Counted from the first letter of the stretch, positions 32,892 through 44,408 are shown. The stretch is 64,000 nt of DNA from Gammaproteobacteria bacterium (GCA_033852075.1 JAWSVC010000012.1:25788-89787), one strand, 5' to 3'. The notes: generated by a model from the letters alone, not told the origin. Numbers and translations: made by a program.

Positions 32892-34043
32892 ATGAAACGA
32901 TTTGCTAACTCAATTTTTTTAGTTGTTTTTCTTGTGTCTGGTATCGCGTGTGCTGGTGATTTAAAAGAAGCAGGAAGTGCTAAAGCTAAAAATATTGGTA
33001 AGCCGTTTCATTTGGTTGAGGATTTTCCATTAATTTCTGACGAAGACCCTGATTTGCCTAATCCGGGTAATCTTAAGATGTATATGCATATTCCAGAAGA
33101 TATGCCAGCAGAAGATGCTCCATTGGTTGTTGTGATGCATGGTTGTATGAAAGGAGCTAATCAAATAAAAGATTGGACGGAATGGAATGATCTGGCAGAT
33201 AAATATAAGTTTTATGTGATTTATCCCGAACAACAGAAACCTAAAGTATGGAAGGGTAAACTTACAGGAAATCCTGGTTTGTGTTTTAGGTGGACCGGTA
33301 ATGGCGGAAAGTGGAAAGCTATAGGTGAAAGTGAAGATAGATCAATTATCGATATGATAAGTTTTCTTAAAAAAAGCGGTTATTCCGTTGATAGTAAAAA
33401 AATATTTATTACAGGATTTTCTGCTGGTGCAGCAATGACAAACCTTATGCTTGCAGAATACCCTGATGTTTTTGCTGGTGGCGCTCCAATAGCTGGAATT
33501 CCATTTCGGTGTGCTGATAGTCTTAAGCAGGGTTTCGACTGTATGGGGGTAAAGCCAAGCTTTATGACGCGTAGTAATAATGGTCCTGGTTGTGAAGGTC
33601 AGGGGGAAGCTTGCATGGATCCAGAGCGAAAAAAATCACCGGAAGAGTGGAAAAACATGGTGACCACATTTGGTCAAAAAAACTTTTCAGGTGAATATCC
33701 AAAAGTATTTATCTGGCATGGCGGGCGTGATAAATATGTTGATGATGATAATCTTCAAGAGCAGATGGAACAGTGGACAGCCGTACACGGCATTGACCAA
33801 GTAGCCGATAATAAAAACACTACTTTAAAAGAAACCTATGCAGAGCATATATATTCTGAATATAAAGATGAGTCAGGGGATGTTAAAGTTGCAACCTTGA
33901 TGATTCCTAGAATGTTTCATGCTGTGCCTGTCCAACCTGGTGATGAAGAAGACATGGGGGGGGCAGAGGCGGGACAACATGCTGTAGACTACGGTTTGCA
34001 CTCCAGTTATTACATAGCCCGTTTTTGGGGGATTATTGACTAG
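32892..34043 (+). CDS. Secreted PHB-depolymerase-family esterase
   Basis: Signal peptide, MHGC oxyanion motif, YPEQ, lipase box GFSAG, IWHG..D, catalytic His region MFHAVP. Start moved to ATG 32892. Confidence 0.85.
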   Translation: MKRFANSIFLVVFLVSGIACAGDLKEAGSAKAKNIGKPFHLVEDFPLISDEDPDLPNPGNLKMYMHIPEDMPAEDAPLVVVMHGCMKGANQIKDWTEWNDLADKYKFYVIYPEQQKPKVWKGKLTGNPGLCFRWTGNGGKWKAIGESEDRSIIDMISFLKKSGYSVDSKKIFITGFSAGAAMTNLMLAEYPDVFAGGAPIAGIPFRCADSLKQGFDCMGVKPSFMTRSNNGPGCEGQGEACMDPERKKSPEEWKNMVTTFGQKNFSGEYPKVFIWHGGRDKYVDDDNLQEQMEQWTAVHGIDQVADNKNTTLKETYAEHIYSEYKDESGDVKVATLMIPRMFHAVPVQPGDEEDMGGAEAGQHAVDYGLHSSYYIARFWGIID

Positions 34044-34341
34044 GGCTGGGAAATAATTCCTTAGCAAATAAAATTATTCAATAGTTGCCATCCTGGCTTA
34101 GTCAGTGTAAATTGTTGCCGGTTTACGTTTGGAAAAAACATCCCTAATTATTTTGGTTTGTAGCATGAATTCAGAATAAAAGGTTAGGGCATTAAAAACT
34201 ATCGGCCTCTATCGAAGGGCAGTTCAGCCCAAATTTCACGCTTTATTCGCTGTCAGCGGGTAGTTGCGCGAAAACAAAATGGTCGGTGAGATAGAGCTTG
34301 CATCACACGTCTTAAGATGTGTGAAAACTAAGGAGCATCTT

Positions 34342-34584
34342 ATGCAAGAAGGTTTAACTCTAGTTGCACTTGGAATGGGAACAGTATTTATATTCCTTGT
34401 CGTTCTGATTGTTTGTACAACTCTTATGTCAAAGTTTGTGATGTCATATGAGGCAAAGTTCAAAAAACCAGAACAGCCAATTCCAGTAGCTGGACAATCT
34501 AAAATTCCCGATGCAGTATTAACAGCGGTTATTTCTGCTGCTATTCATCAGCATCGATCTGCTAAGGCCAAAAAAGGCAAGTAG
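34342..34584 (+). CDS. oadG: Oxaloacetate decarboxylase gamma subunit
   Basis: [25 protein letters not shown]; RBS AAGGAG before ATG 34342. Confidence 0.92.
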   Translation: MQEGLTLVALGMGTVFIFLVVLIVCTTLMSKFVMSYEAKFKKPEQPIPVAGQSKIPDAVLTAVISAAIHQHRSAKAKKGK

Positions 34585-34631
34585 TACATTTTAATAATAC
34601 GGACTTTAAATTAATAACTAAGGTTGAAACC

Positions 34632-36425
34632 ATGAGTACAAAAAAACTTGGAATTACCGACGTAGTATTACGTGACGCACACCAATCACTATTTGCGACC
34701 AGAATGCGCTTGGAAGATATGCTTCCAATCGCTGATAAACTAGATAAAGTTGGCTACTGGTCAGTTGAAACTTGGGGTGGAGCTACATTTGATTCCTGTA
34801 TTAGATTCCTAGGCGAAGATCCATGGGATAGAATCCGTCAATTAAAAGCGGCTATGCCAAATACTCCGCAGCAAATGCTTTTCCGTGGTCAAAATATTCT
34901 TGGTTACAGACATTATGCTGATGACGTAGTAAGAAAATTTGTTGAAAGAGCGGCTGTAAACGGAGTTGACGTATTCCGTGTATTTGACGCAATGAATGAT
35001 CCACGTAATCTTGAGACGGCGATTAAAGCAGTTATCGAGAATGAAAAGCACGCTCAAGGTACTCTATCTTACACAACCAGCCCAGTTCATACTCTTGAGT
35101 CATGGTGTAAGCTTGCCAAGCAAATTGAAGAGATGGGCGCTCATTCTGTTTGTATTAAAGATATGTCTGGTTTGCTCAAGCCTTATGATGCCTATGAATT
35201 AATCACTGCTCTTAAGAAAGAGATTAGTATCCCTGTTCATATGCAATGTCATGCAACAACAGGTCTTTCTGTTCCAACTTATTTAAAGGCTGCTGAAGCT
35301 GGTATCGATAATGTTGATACTTCTATTTCTTCAATGTCTATGACATATGGTCACTCTGCTACTGAGACTGTTGTTGCAATGCTTGAAGGTACAGAAAGAG
35401 ATACAGGTCTTGATATCGGCCTTATGGAAGAGATTGCAGCATACTTCCGTGAAGTTCGTAAGAAATATGCAAAATTTGAAGGCGCGCTTAAAGGTGTTGA
35501 TTCAAGAATTCTTGTTGCTCAGGTTCCTGGTGGAATGTTAACCAACATGGAAAATCAGCTTAAAGAACAAAATGCAATTGACAAGCTTGATGCTGTACTT
35601 GAAGAGATTCCACGTGTACGTGAAGACCTTGGTTATATTCCTTTGGTAACTCCAACTTCACAGATCGTTGGTACTCAAGCGGTTCTTAACGTTCTGACTG
35701 GTGAAAGATACAAAACCATCACTAAAGAGACTGCTGGTATCCTTAAAGGTGAATACGGTGCAGCTCCTTCTGAGCTTAATAAAGAGCTTCAGGAAAGAGT
35801 TCTTGATGGTGGTGAAGCTATCACTTGTCGTCCAGCAGATCTTCTTGAGCCAGAAGTTGAAAAACTTACTGTTGAGCTTAAAGATATTGCTAAAGAGAAG
35901 GGAATTAAACTTGCTAAGAACGAGATTGATGACGTTCTTACCTATGCTCTATTCCCACAAGTTGGTCTTAAGTTCCTTGAGAATCGTGGTAATCCAGATG
36001 CATTTGAGCCGGCTCCAACTGCTGAAGATGCAGCGCCAGCAGCTGCAACAACTAAGACAGCAGGTGGTGCAGATGTTTACACAGTAACAGTTGCTGGTCA
36101 CAGTTATGTGGTTCAGGTAGAAGATGGTGGTGATATTTCTCAAATTGCTCATGCGGTTCCTGTGGTAGGTGCTTCATCTCATACTACTGCTGCACCATCA
36201 GGGTCGGTAGGAGGAGAAGCGATTCCTGCGCCACTTGGTGGACATGTTCATAAGATACCAGTATCTGTTGGTCAGCAAGTTAACGAAGGTGATGTGATTA
36301 TTATCCTTGAAGCGATGAAGATGGAGACAGAAGTTCGTGCCAGCAAGGCAGGTTCTATTGCTGAAATCTGTGTTAAAGAAGGCGAGACTGTTGCTGTTGG
36401 CGATACTCTTCTAACTTTGGCCTAA
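34632..36425 (+). CDS. oadA: Na+-pumping oxaloacetate decarboxylase alpha subunit
   Basis: [25 protein letters not shown], biotinyl EAMKM. Confidence 0.98.
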   Translation: MSTKKLGITDVVLRDAHQSLFATRMRLEDMLPIADKLDKVGYWSVETWGGATFDSCIRFLGEDPWDRIRQLKAAMPNTPQQMLFRGQNILGYRHYADDVVRKFVERAAVNGVDVFRVFDAMNDPRNLETAIKAVIENEKHAQGTLSYTTSPVHTLESWCKLAKQIEEMGAHSVCIKDMSGLLKPYDAYELITALKKEISIPVHMQCHATTGLSVPTYLKAAEAGIDNVDTSISSMSMTYGHSATETVVAMLEGTERDTGLDIGLMEEIAAYFREVRKKYAKFEGALKGVDSRILVAQVPGGMLTNMENQLKEQNAIDKLDAVLEEIPRVREDLGYIPLVTPTSQIVGTQAVLNVLTGERYKTITKETAGILKGEYGAAPSELNKELQERVLDGGEAITCRPADLLEPEVEKLTVELKDIAKEKGIKLAKNEIDDVLTYALFPQVGLKFLENRGNPDAFEPAPTAEDAAPAAATTKTAGGADVYTVTVAGHSYVVQVEDGGDISQIAHAVPVVGASSHTTAAPSGSVGGEAIPAPLGGHVHKIPVSVGQQVNEGDVIIILEAMKMETEVRASKAGSIAEICVKEGETVAVGDTLLTLA

Positions 36426-36435
36426 TTTAAATATC

Positions 36436-36460
36436 TAAGTCCCGACTAAGTCGGGACTTA
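36436..36460. other. Intercistronic perfect 11-bp hairpin (oadA/oadB)
   Basis: TAAGTCCCGAC-TAA-GTCGGGACTTA. Confidence 0.65.
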
Positions 36461-36481
36461 TTTGCTTGAGGATTTTATCCA

Positions 36482-37738
36482 ATGGAAAATGTTTTAAATC
36501 TAGTATATGGCTCAGGGATAGCAAACATATCTCTTGGTCAGGCCCTTATGTTGGCAGTGGGATTACTTTTGCTTTTCCTTGCTATCAAGAAGGGATTTGA
36601 GCCTCTATTGCTTGTGCCAATTGGTTTTGGTGCAATTTTATCAAATATTCCAGTAGCAGGCCTTGCTGAATCAGCAGTGTCGCAAGCGCTGCACTATGGG
36701 TCTGATGAAGTTATTGCAGCCATTAATCAAGCTCTTGGTGGTGTTTCATATTACGAAGCTTCAGCAACTGCACAAATGGCAGCAAAAGAGATAGCTCATC
36801 ATGCTAATTATGCTGATGGAATTCTTTATCTATTTTATAGTGTTGGATTAACGACAGGTGCATTTCCTCTGATCATCTTTATGGGGGTTGGTGCTATGAC
36901 TGATTTCGGTCCGCTATTAGCTAATCCTAAAACTCTGCTTTTAGGTGCCGCTGCTCAGTTCGGTATTTTTGTGACCCTTATTGGTGCAATTGCATTACAG
37001 TTCTCTGGTCAGGAGGCGGCGGCGATTGGTATCATTGGTGGTGCTGATGGACCGACTGCTATTTATGTTGCTACTAAATTAGCTCCACATCTTTTAGGAG
37101 CAATCGCTGTAGCTGCTTATTCATATATGGCATTGGTTCCAATGATTCAGCCGCCCATCATGAAACTGTTTACGTCTAAAGAAGAGCGGGAAATTAAGAT
37201 GACTCAGTTAAGGCCGGTATCTCAAACTGAGAAGATTCTGTTTCCAATAGTGCTTCTTCTTCTAGTTGCTCTACTGTTACCAGATGCAGCCCCTCTACTT
37301 GGTATGTTCTGTTTTGGTAATCTTATGAAAGAGAGTGGAGTGGTAGATCGCCTTAGTGATACAACGCAAAATGCTTTGATTAACGTTGTTACCATATTTC
37401 TTGGTCTTTCTGTTGGTTCAAAATTACAAGCCAGTCAATTCTTACAGTTTGATACCCTCAAGATTCTCTCTCTGGGGATAGTTGCGTTCGGTATTGGTAC
37501 TGCTTGTGGAGTGTTAATGGCTAAGCTTATGAATAAACTAAGTGGTACTCCAATAAATCCACTTATTGGTTCAGCGGGGGTATCGGCGGTTCCAATGGCT
37601 GCTCGTGTGTCGAATAAGGTTGGCCTTGAGGCGAATCCTCAAAACTTTTTGCTTATGCACGCTATGGGGCCTAACGTGGCTGGTGTTATTGGGTCGGCTG
37701 TTGCAGCTGGTGTATTGCTCAAGTATTTTGGATCATAG
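36482..37738 (+). CDS. oadB: Na+-translocating decarboxylase beta subunit
   Basis: [47 protein letters not shown]. Confidence 0.98.
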   Translation: MENVLNLVYGSGIANISLGQALMLAVGLLLLFLAIKKGFEPLLLVPIGFGAILSNIPVAGLAESAVSQALHYGSDEVIAAINQALGGVSYYEASATAQMAAKEIAHHANYADGILYLFYSVGLTTGAFPLIIFMGVGAMTDFGPLLANPKTLLLGAAAQFGIFVTLIGAIALQFSGQEAAAIGIIGGADGPTAIYVATKLAPHLLGAIAVAAYSYMALVPMIQPPIMKLFTSKEEREIKMTQLRPVSQTEKILFPIVLLLLVALLLPDAAPLLGMFCFGNLMKESGVVDRLSDTTQNALINVVTIFLGLSVGSKLQASQFLQFDTLKILSLGIVAFGIGTACGVLMAKLMNKLSGTPINPLIGSAGVSAVPMAARVSNKVGLEANPQNFLLMHAMGPNVAGVIGSAVAAGVLLKYFGS

Positions 37739-37767
37739 ATCTAAATACAGCATACATAGATAAGTTT

Positions 37768-37799
37768 AAAAAGCTCGGAGATTATCTTCGGGCTTTTTT
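37768..37799 (+). terminator. Terminator of oadGAB
   Basis: AAGCTCGGAGA-TTA-TCTTCGGGCTT followed by a T-run. Confidence 0.8.
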
Positions 37800-37904
37800 G
37801 TTACACATTGAAAAACAATCAATTATTTATAAATAAATTTGATGATTTTGCCTTTTAACTAGGCTAAAATACGCGGCTTATATTAACTTAACTAGGAGTA
37901 AACA

Positions 37905-38174
37905 ATGGCTTTAACGAAAGAGCAAAGAGTACAGATCGTTAAAGATTACCAGCGTGATGCTAACGATACTGGATCTCCAGAGGTACAGGTTGCGTTACAA
38001 ACCGCTAGAATCAATGATTTATCATCTCACTTTAGTGAGCACAAGCATGACCACCATTCAAGACAAGGTCTACTAAGAATAGTGAATGCGCGTAGAAAAC
38101 TGCTAGACTACCTTAAGAAGAAGGATGTTGAGCGTTATCAAACTTTGATTAAACGTTTGGGACTACGTAAGTAA
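37905..38174 (+). CDS. rpsO: 30S ribosomal protein S15
   Basis: [39 protein letters not shown]. Confidence 0.99.
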   Translation: MALTKEQRVQIVKDYQRDANDTGSPEVQVALQTARINDLSSHFSEHKHDHHSRQGLLRIVNARRKLLDYLKKKDVERYQTLIKRLGLRK

Positions 38175-38182
38175 TATATCCT

Positions 38183-38235
38183 AAAGAGCTTTTAGATGAT
38201 CTGGACTTTGCCCTGGAAAAACTGAAAGCTCTTTT
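38183..38235 (+). terminator. Hairpin after rpsO (probable terminator); followed by a long structured pnp leader
   Basis: AAAGAGCTTT...AAAGCTCTTT inverted repeat. Confidence 0.55.
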
Positions 38236-38509
38236 ACTAAAACTTGTAAATATACTAGGCCTGCGAAGGTGGATTCTAAATGGAAGTAGTGTGCATAGGA
38301 TTGGTTCATATACTAAGCTCTTCTCGAGTAAAGGCTCATTGAGAGTAATAAGTAATCAGCGCTAGTTTTTGATTAATATTCAAAAACACAAATAGCAGCT
38401 GATTTATTTTTTTATGGCTGAGCTTTTATGGATTATTCTTATGTGCAATACACCAAAGATAAAGCTGAAGTAGGAAAAAAATTAATTAATAAATAAAAGG
38501 AAAATATAC

Positions 38510-40606
38510 GTGACACCTATCATAAAAGAATTTCAATTTGGTGATAAAAAAGTAACTCTTGAAACAGGGCGTATCGCACGTCAAGCAACAGCAGCGGTAC
38601 TTGTTAATATGGAAGGAACATCTGTATTAGTTACAGTTGTTGGTAAAAAAAGTGGCGCAGAGGGAAGAGACTTTTTCCCATTGACAGTTAATTATCAGGA
38701 AAAAACATACTCAGCAGGTAAGATCCCGGGTGGTTTTTTCAAACGAGAAGGTCGTCCTTCAGAAAAAGAAACTTTAACTTGTCGTCTTATTGATAGACCA
38801 ATTCGCCCTTTATTTCCAAAAGGGTTTATGAATGAAGTACAAGTTGTTGCTACAGTAGTTTCTTTAAATCCACAAATTGACCCGGATGTTCCTGCGATGA
38901 TTGGTACATCTGCTGCCCTTGCTGTTTCTGGTATTCCATTTGATGGCCCGCTTGGTGCCGCTAGGGTTGGTTATAAAGATGGACAATATCTTCTTAACCC
39001 AACATTTGCTGAATTGAAAGAATCAGATCTTGATCTTGTTGTAGCTGGTACAGAATCAGCGGTATTAATGGTTGAATCTGAAGCTAACCTTTTACCTGAA
39101 TCTGTTATGCTCGGCGCTGTAATGTTTGGTCATAAAGAGATGCAGGTTGTTGTTCAAGCGGTTAAAGAATTTGCAAGCATGAATACTATTGATGCTTGGG
39201 ATTGGCAGCCCCCCGTTAAGGATGAAACCTTAGCAAATCTTGTTACTGAAAAAGGTAAAGCCAAATTAGAAGAAGCATATAAGATTGCAGATAAACTTGT
39301 GCGTCAAGATGCTGTTGCTGCAGCAAAAGACGAAGTTGTTGCTGAACTTGTTTCTGAAGAAGGTGAACTTACAGCTGAAGCTGTTCAAGGTGAGCTATCT
39401 TCACTTGAGAAGAAGATTGTTCGTGGCAGAATCCTTTCTGGTGAGCCAAGAATTGATGGCCGTGATACCAGAACAGTTAGAAAGATCTCTGTTGAGACAG
39501 GTGTTCTTCCAAGAACTCATGGTTCTGCGTTATTTACTCGTGGTGAAACTCAGGCGATAGTTGTTACAACTCTCGGTACTACAAGAGATGCACAAATCAT
39601 TGATGCGCTTGAAGGTGAAAGAAAAGAGCCATTTATGCTTCACTACAATTTCCCTCCGTTCTGTGTGGGTGAAACTGGAATGATCGGTAGTCCTAAGCGT
39701 AGAGAGATTGGTCATGGTCGTCTTGCTCGTCGTGGTGTACAGGCTGTATTACCAGATATGAGTAATTACCCATACGTTATTCGTGTAGTTTCAGAGATTA
39801 CAGAATCAAACGGTTCAAGCTCCATGGCTTCTGTTTGTGGTACCAGTTTGTCACTAATGGATGCAGGTGTACCTGTTAAGGCTCCTGTTGCTGGTATCGC
39901 AATGGGACTTGTTAAAGAAGAAAATTCATTTGCTGTATTGTCTGATATCCTTGGTGATGAGGATCATCTTGGTGATATGGACTTTAAAGTAGCTGGTACT
40001 ACAGATGGTATCTCTGCACTGCAAATGGATATCAAGATCAATGGCATTACTGAAGAGATCATGGCAATTGCACTTGATCAGGCAAAAGAAGGTCGTTTAC
40101 ACATTCTGGAAAAGATGAATGAAGTGATCTCTGAACCACGTAGTGATATGTCTGAGTTCGCTCCGCGCATTATCGCAATGACTATTGATAAAGATAAGAT
40201 CAGAGATGTAATTGGTAAAGGTGGTGCAACCATCAGATCAATTATTGAAGAGACTGGAGCAGAAGTAGATATTGATGACTCTGGTTTGGTTAAAATATCC
40301 TCTGTTGATCAAGCTGCTGGTGAAGAAGCTAAGAAGCGTATTGAGCTAATCACTGCAGAGGTAGAGGTTGGTGCTGTATACGAAGGCCCTGTAACCAAGA
40401 TCATGGACTTTGGCGCATTTGTTACCATTCTACCAGGAAAAGACGGCCTTGTTCATATATCTCAAATCTCGAATGAGAGAGTAGAGAAGGTTACCGATAA
40501 ACTAAAAGAAGGCGAGACTGTTAAAGTTAAGGTTCTAGAGGTTGATCGTCAAGGTCGTATAAGATTAAGTATGAAAGCCCTTCTTGAAGAGAGTGCAGAA
40601 GCTTAG
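38510..40606 (+). CDS. pnp: Polyribonucleotide nucleotidyltransferase
   Basis: [31 protein letters not shown] and S1 domains; GTG start. Confidence 0.99.
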   Translation: MTPIIKEFQFGDKKVTLETGRIARQATAAVLVNMEGTSVLVTVVGKKSGAEGRDFFPLTVNYQEKTYSAGKIPGGFFKREGRPSEKETLTCRLIDRPIRPLFPKGFMNEVQVVATVVSLNPQIDPDVPAMIGTSAALAVSGIPFDGPLGAARVGYKDGQYLLNPTFAELKESDLDLVVAGTESAVLMVESEANLLPESVMLGAVMFGHKEMQVVVQAVKEFASMNTIDAWDWQPPVKDETLANLVTEKGKAKLEEAYKIADKLVRQDAVAAAKDEVVAELVSEEGELTAEAVQGELSSLEKKIVRGRILSGEPRIDGRDTRTVRKISVETGVLPRTHGSALFTRGETQAIVVTTLGTTRDAQIIDALEGERKEPFMLHYNFPPFCVGETGMIGSPKRREIGHGRLARRGVQAVLPDMSNYPYVIRVVSEITESNGSSSMASVCGTSLSLMDAGVPVKAPVAGIAMGLVKEENSFAVLSDILGDEDHLGDMDFKVAGTTDGISALQMDIKINGITEEIMAIALDQAKEGRLHILEKMNEVISEPRSDMSEFAPRIIAMTIDKDKIRDVIGKGGATIRSIIEETGAEVDIDDSGLVKISSVDQAAGEEAKKRIELITAEVEVGAVYEGPVTKIMDFGAFVTILPGKDGLVHISQISNERVEKVTDKLKEGETVKVKVLEVDRQGRIRLSMKALLEESAEA

Positions 40607-40627
40607 TATTACTCAAAAGTAATGAAT

Positions 40628-40657
40628 AAAAAAAGGGGTCATAGCGACCCTTTTTTT
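40628..40657 (+). terminator. Terminator of pnp
   Basis: A-run-GGGGTC-ATAGC-GACCC-TTTTTTT. Confidence 0.88.
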
Positions 40658-40849
40658 ATTGGTAGTAATACGAAAGTATAATTTACATTATTGTTTGAAT
40701 ATTTAAACTGTGACGCAGTTCTATGTTGATTTATACATAAGCAATTGATAATATAATGTGGTGGTATGAAGTGTAAGTTAGGCTTACGCAATATAATAAG
40801 ATCAAGCTATAACAATAATCATAAAATGATTATCTATGGGAGAATAAAT

Positions 40850-41029
40850 ATGGCTGGCACAAAACAACAATGGGTGGGAATTAATAGGCGTAAAAAGGAT
40901 CGTCGTGAAAATGTAACAGATCGGCGCGAGTTTATTCGTTTTATAACAGGTCCAACTAGAGCAGATCGAAGAAGTATGATAAATAGAAGAAGGGCTCCGG
41001 GAGAGTGGTTGCCAACACATCTCAGGTAA
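40850..41029 (+). CDS. Small Arg-rich hypothetical protein with repeated (D/N)RR motifs
   Basis: RBS GGGAG then MAGTKQQWVGINRRKKDRRENVTDRREFIRF..ADRRSMINRRR. Confidence 0.6.
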   Translation: MAGTKQQWVGINRRKKDRRENVTDRREFIRFITGPTRADRRSMINRRRAPGEWLPTHLR

Positions 41030-41103
41030 TCCTTCCGTAAACGCTATACTAATTTGCAATATAAAGGCATTGTAAACTGTGATTGTGTTGTTATGGTTCA
41101 ATG

Positions 41104-41865
41104 TTAAGTTTCTGAAATTACTTTTCCATCCACAGATATAGTGATTACAGATAATGGGATATCTTTTCCAGAATTATCCAATGCCTGTTTTGCTAATATC
41201 TCAAGTCCACGGCAGCACGGTACTTCCATAATGGCTACGTATAACCCGGTAACATTGTTATGCTGTATTATGGCGGTTAGTTTATCTAGATATTGACTGG
41301 TATCATCGAGCTTTGGGCAGGCAATAGCGACGGCTTTATCTTTTAACAGTCGGTTATGGAAATTTCCCATTGCGAATGCTACGCAATCGGCAGCTATAAT
41401 CAACTCCCTGTTATTAAAGAATGGTGCTAGTGGTGATAACAGGTGTAGCTGAACCGGCCATTGAGTTAATTCTGATGGTGCGCCTTTATCTGTGTTATTA
41501 CTGGTTGAATCGCAATTACATGGAGATGGCTGCATTTCTTTAATTATTTTATTGGCTGACCCGGGACAGACGCTACTGCAGCCATGAGCAGGTTTTACAG
41601 TTGGTTTAGTTGTTTCCTGTTTTTGAAGATTGGAGATGTGTTTTTGTACTGCTTTGTCATCATATTCAGCGGCTTCACGTTCAATTATATTAATGGCTCC
41701 AAGAGGGCATTCATTCAGGCAATCTCCAAGCCCATCACAAAACTTATCGTCTATTAATTTGGCTTTACCATCAATAATCTGTATTGCACCTTCATGGCAA
41801 GATGGAACACATATTCCACATCCATTACAAAGATCTTCATTAATTTCGATAATTTTACGTTTCAT
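41104..41865 (-). CDS. 4Fe-4S ferredoxin-domain protein (type often found near hcp in anaerobes)
   Basis: CNGCGICVPSCHEGAI, CDGLGDCLNECP, QWPVQLHL, ADCVAF, ACPKLD, MEVPCCRGL. Confidence 0.85.
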   Translation of the reverse strand: MKRKIIEINEDLCNGCGICVPSCHEGAIQIIDGKAKLIDDKFCDGLGDCLNECPLGAINIIEREAAEYDDKAVQKHISNLQKQETTKPTVKPAHGCSSVCPGSANKIIKEMQPSPCNCDSTSNNTDKGAPSELTQWPVQLHLLSPLAPFFNNRELIIAADCVAFAMGNFHNRLLKDKAVAIACPKLDDTSQYLDKLTAIIQHNNVTGLYVAIMEVPCCRGLEILAKQALDNSGKDIPLSVITISVDGKVISET

Positions 41866-41925
41866 TGATATAGCCTCAGATTAAATCTAACTTTTATAAT
41901 GCTATCTTTAAAAAAAGAATCAACC

Positions 41926-41939
41926 TTGATCTATATCAA
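41926..41939. promoter_or_regulatory. FNR/DNR-family binding site
   Basis: Perfect TTGAT-CTAT-ATCAA in the divergent spacer; a minus-strand -10 (TAGCAT, 41904-41899) sits at class-II spacing. Confidence 0.75.
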
Positions 41940-42062
41940 TTAAATCAATTTTAATGATCTATTTATTTGATTTTAACTCGATTCAATCTTTCTATAATGT
42001 ATAGTACCTAATCAGGAGTGATATATTTGAATTATCTATAAAACATTTATCAGGAGTAACTA

Positions 42063-42635
42063 ATGGAATTAAAAGGTAGTAAAACCGAAAAAAATCTTAT
42101 GGCTTCGTTTGCAGGTGAGTCTCAAGCAAGAAACCGTTATACCTATTTTGCTGCTAAGGCTAGAAAAGAAGGTTATAGGCAAATAGCGGAAATCTTTGAA
42201 GAGACTGCGAATCAAGAAAAAGAACATGCTAAGCGTTTCTTTAAGTTTTTGCAGGGTGGTGACGTAGAGATTGTTGCTTGTTTTCCTGCTGGTGTAATTG
42301 GGTGTACTGTTGATAATCTAAAGGCTGCTGCTTGCGGTGAAAATGAAGAGTGGACTGAACTTTATCCAGAATTTGCTAAAACAGCAAGAGAAGAAGGGTT
42401 TGATAAGATTGCAGATGCTTGGGATGCAATTTCTATTGCTGAAAAACAGCATGAGAAACGTTATAGAGATCTTGCAAAAAATATTGAAGAAGGAAAAGTC
42501 TTCCAAAAAGATGGAGTTGTTACTTGGCGTTGTCTAAACTGTGGTTATCTGCATCAGGGAGATGCGGCACCAGAAGTTTGTCCAGCTTGTGTTCATCCTC
42601 AAGCTCATTTTGAGCTGTTTGGAGAAAACTATTAG
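42063..42635 (+). CDS. rbr: Rubrerythrin
   Basis: FAGESQARNRY, EKEHA, EKQHEKRY, C-terminal rubredoxin domain CLNCG..CPAC. Confidence 0.97.
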   Translation: MELKGSKTEKNLMASFAGESQARNRYTYFAAKARKEGYRQIAEIFEETANQEKEHAKRFFKFLQGGDVEIVACFPAGVIGCTVDNLKAAACGENEEWTELYPEFAKTAREEGFDKIADAWDAISIAEKQHEKRYRDLAKNIEEGKVFQKDGVVTWRCLNCGYLHQGDAAPEVCPACVHPQAHFELFGENY

Positions 42636-42680
42636 TTCGGAAATAAACATTTTCGTGGCAATAATAAATAAGGAGTTATT

Positions 42681-43055
42681 ATGACTACCAGAAACGAAGT
42701 GTATAAATGCAACCTTTGTGGAAATATTGTTACTGTTTCTCATCAAGGTCCAGGTGAGCTCGTTTGTTGTAATCAACCTATGAATCTTAGAACCGAAAAT
42801 ACAACCGATGCGGCAACAGAAAAGCATGTTCCAGTTGTTAAAAAGGTCGATGGCGGTTATAAGGTTACTGTAGGTGAGGTTATGCATCCAATGCAAGATG
42901 ATCACTATATTGAGTGGATTGAATTGATTGCAGGCGATGTTGTGCTAAGGGAATACCTAAAACCAAATCAAGATCCAGTTGCAGTATTTAAAACTGATGC
43001 AAATAATGTTGTTGTTAGAGAATATTGTAATTTGCACGGGTTGTGGAAGGCTTAG
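42681..43055 (+). CDS. dfx: Desulfoferrodoxin (2Fe superoxide reductase)
   Basis: YKCNLCGN..LVCC desulforedoxin domain, EKHVP, HPMQDDHYIEWI, YCNLHGLW. Confidence 0.97.
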   Translation: MTTRNEVYKCNLCGNIVTVSHQGPGELVCCNQPMNLRTENTTDAATEKHVPVVKKVDGGYKVTVGEVMHPMQDDHYIEWIELIAGDVVLREYLKPNQDPVAVFKTDANNVVVREYCNLHGLWKA

Positions 43056-43074
43056 TAATTTCTATTTTGTTATT

Positions 43075-43105
43075 AAAAAAACCCCGGCATTTGCCGGGGT
43101 TTTTT
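43075..43105. terminator. Bidirectional terminator between dfx and amtB
   Basis: AAAAAAACCCCGGCA-TT-TGCCGGGGTTTTTT. Confidence 0.9.
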
Positions 43106-43139
43106 ATTAAGTATCTCAATAAAGAGATTAGGAGTGACA

Positions 43140-44408
43140 CTATTTTGAAGAAGTAAATTCTGGGTAAGCTTCCATACCGCAATCGATAAGGTCCATACCT
43201 TCGTACTCTTCTTCTTCTGTTACCCTGATACCCATTACAGCTTTGATAATAGCCCATACTATGATGCTAACACCAAATACCCATGCGAAGATTGTAACCG
43301 CACCAACGATCTGACCTACAAATGTTGAGTCGCTGTTAGTTACTGGAACAAGAAGCAGACCAATCAAACCGCAAACACCGTGTACAGATAGAGCTCCAAC
43401 TGGATCGTCTATTTTTAGCTTGTCGATGGTTACGATAGCTACAACAACCGCGATACCGCCAATTACTCCAAATAGTGAAGCTAAAAGTGGTGTTGGAGTT
43501 GATGGTTCTGCTGTGATAACAACAAGTCCTGCAAGTGCGCCGTTAAGTAGCATGGTTAAATCAGCCTTTCCGAACCAAAGTCTAGCAAGTATCATTGCTG
43601 CAATTGAACCTGCAGCTGCGGCTGCGTTAGTGTTAAGGAATACCATTGCAACTGAATGTGAGCTAGCTATATCGCCTAGTTTTAGAACTGAACCACCGTT
43701 AAATCCAAACCAGCCCATCCATAGGATAAAGGTACCTAGTGCTGCAAGAGGTAAGTTTGAACCAGGGATTGCGTTGATTGATCCATCTTTGCCGTATTTA
43801 CCTTTACGAGCACCAAGTAATAATACTGCTGCTAGAGCTGCTGATGCACCTGCAAGGTGAACAATGCCTGAGCCAGCGAAGTCAGAGAAACCAAGATCTC
43901 CAAGGTTAAATAGACCAAATACATCGCTACCGCCCCAGGTCCATGCTCCTTCCATAGGATAGATGAATGCTGTCATTACAACTGAAAATAGAAGGAAAGC
44001 CCAAAGCTTCATTCTTTCAGCTACCGCACCAGATACGATTGACATAGCGGTTGCTACGAATACAACTTGGAAGAAGAAGTCAGATGCTGCTGAGTATACT
44101 GAGTCTCCATCAAAGCCGTTTTCTGCAGAAGATGCCAGAGCATTTTTAACGAAGTCGTCACCGCCCATGATTCCATCAAGCAGGAAACCGCCGCCATACA
44201 TAATTTCGTAACCGCAAATTAAATACATAATGCAGGCTACGGAGTATAGTGCCACGTTTTTGGTTAAAATTTCTGTGGTGTTTTTGGCTCTAACCAGACC
44301 TGATTCCAGCATGGCGAAACCTGCTGCCATCCACATTACCAATGCGCCGCATATCAAAAAGTAAAAGGTATCGATCGCATATTGAAGTTCAAAAATTTGA
44401 TTTTCCAC
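43140..44408 (-). CDS. amtB: Ammonium transporter
   Basis: SGAVAER, DFAGSGIVH, WMGWFGFNGGS, DDPVGALSVHG. Confidence 0.97.
   Translation of the reverse strand: MENQIFELQYAIDTFYFLICGALVMWMAAGFAMLESGLVRAKNTTEILTKNVALYSVACIMYLICGYEIMYGGGFLLDGIMGGDDFVKNALASSAENGFDGDSVYSAASDFFFQVVFVATAMSIVSGAVAERMKLWAFLLFSVVMTAFIYPMEGAWTWGGSDVFGLFNLGDLGFSDFAGSGIVHLAGASAALAAVLLLGARKGKYGKDGSINAIPGSNLPLAALGTFILWMGWFGFNGGSVLKLGDIASSHSVAMVFLNTNAAAAAGSIAAMILARLWFGKADLTMLLNGALAGLVVITAEPSTPTPLLASLFGVIGGIAVVVAIVTIDKLKIDDPVGALSVHGVCGLIGLLLVPVTNSDSTFVGQIVGAVTIFAWVFGVSIIVWAIIKAVMGIRVTEEEEYEGMDLIDCGMEAYPEFTSSK

Noticed and set aside
38236-38509. Long structured rpsO-pnp spacer as a novel ncRNA
   Set aside because: A long stem-loop pnp leader (RNase III/PNPase autoregulation) is expected at this position.
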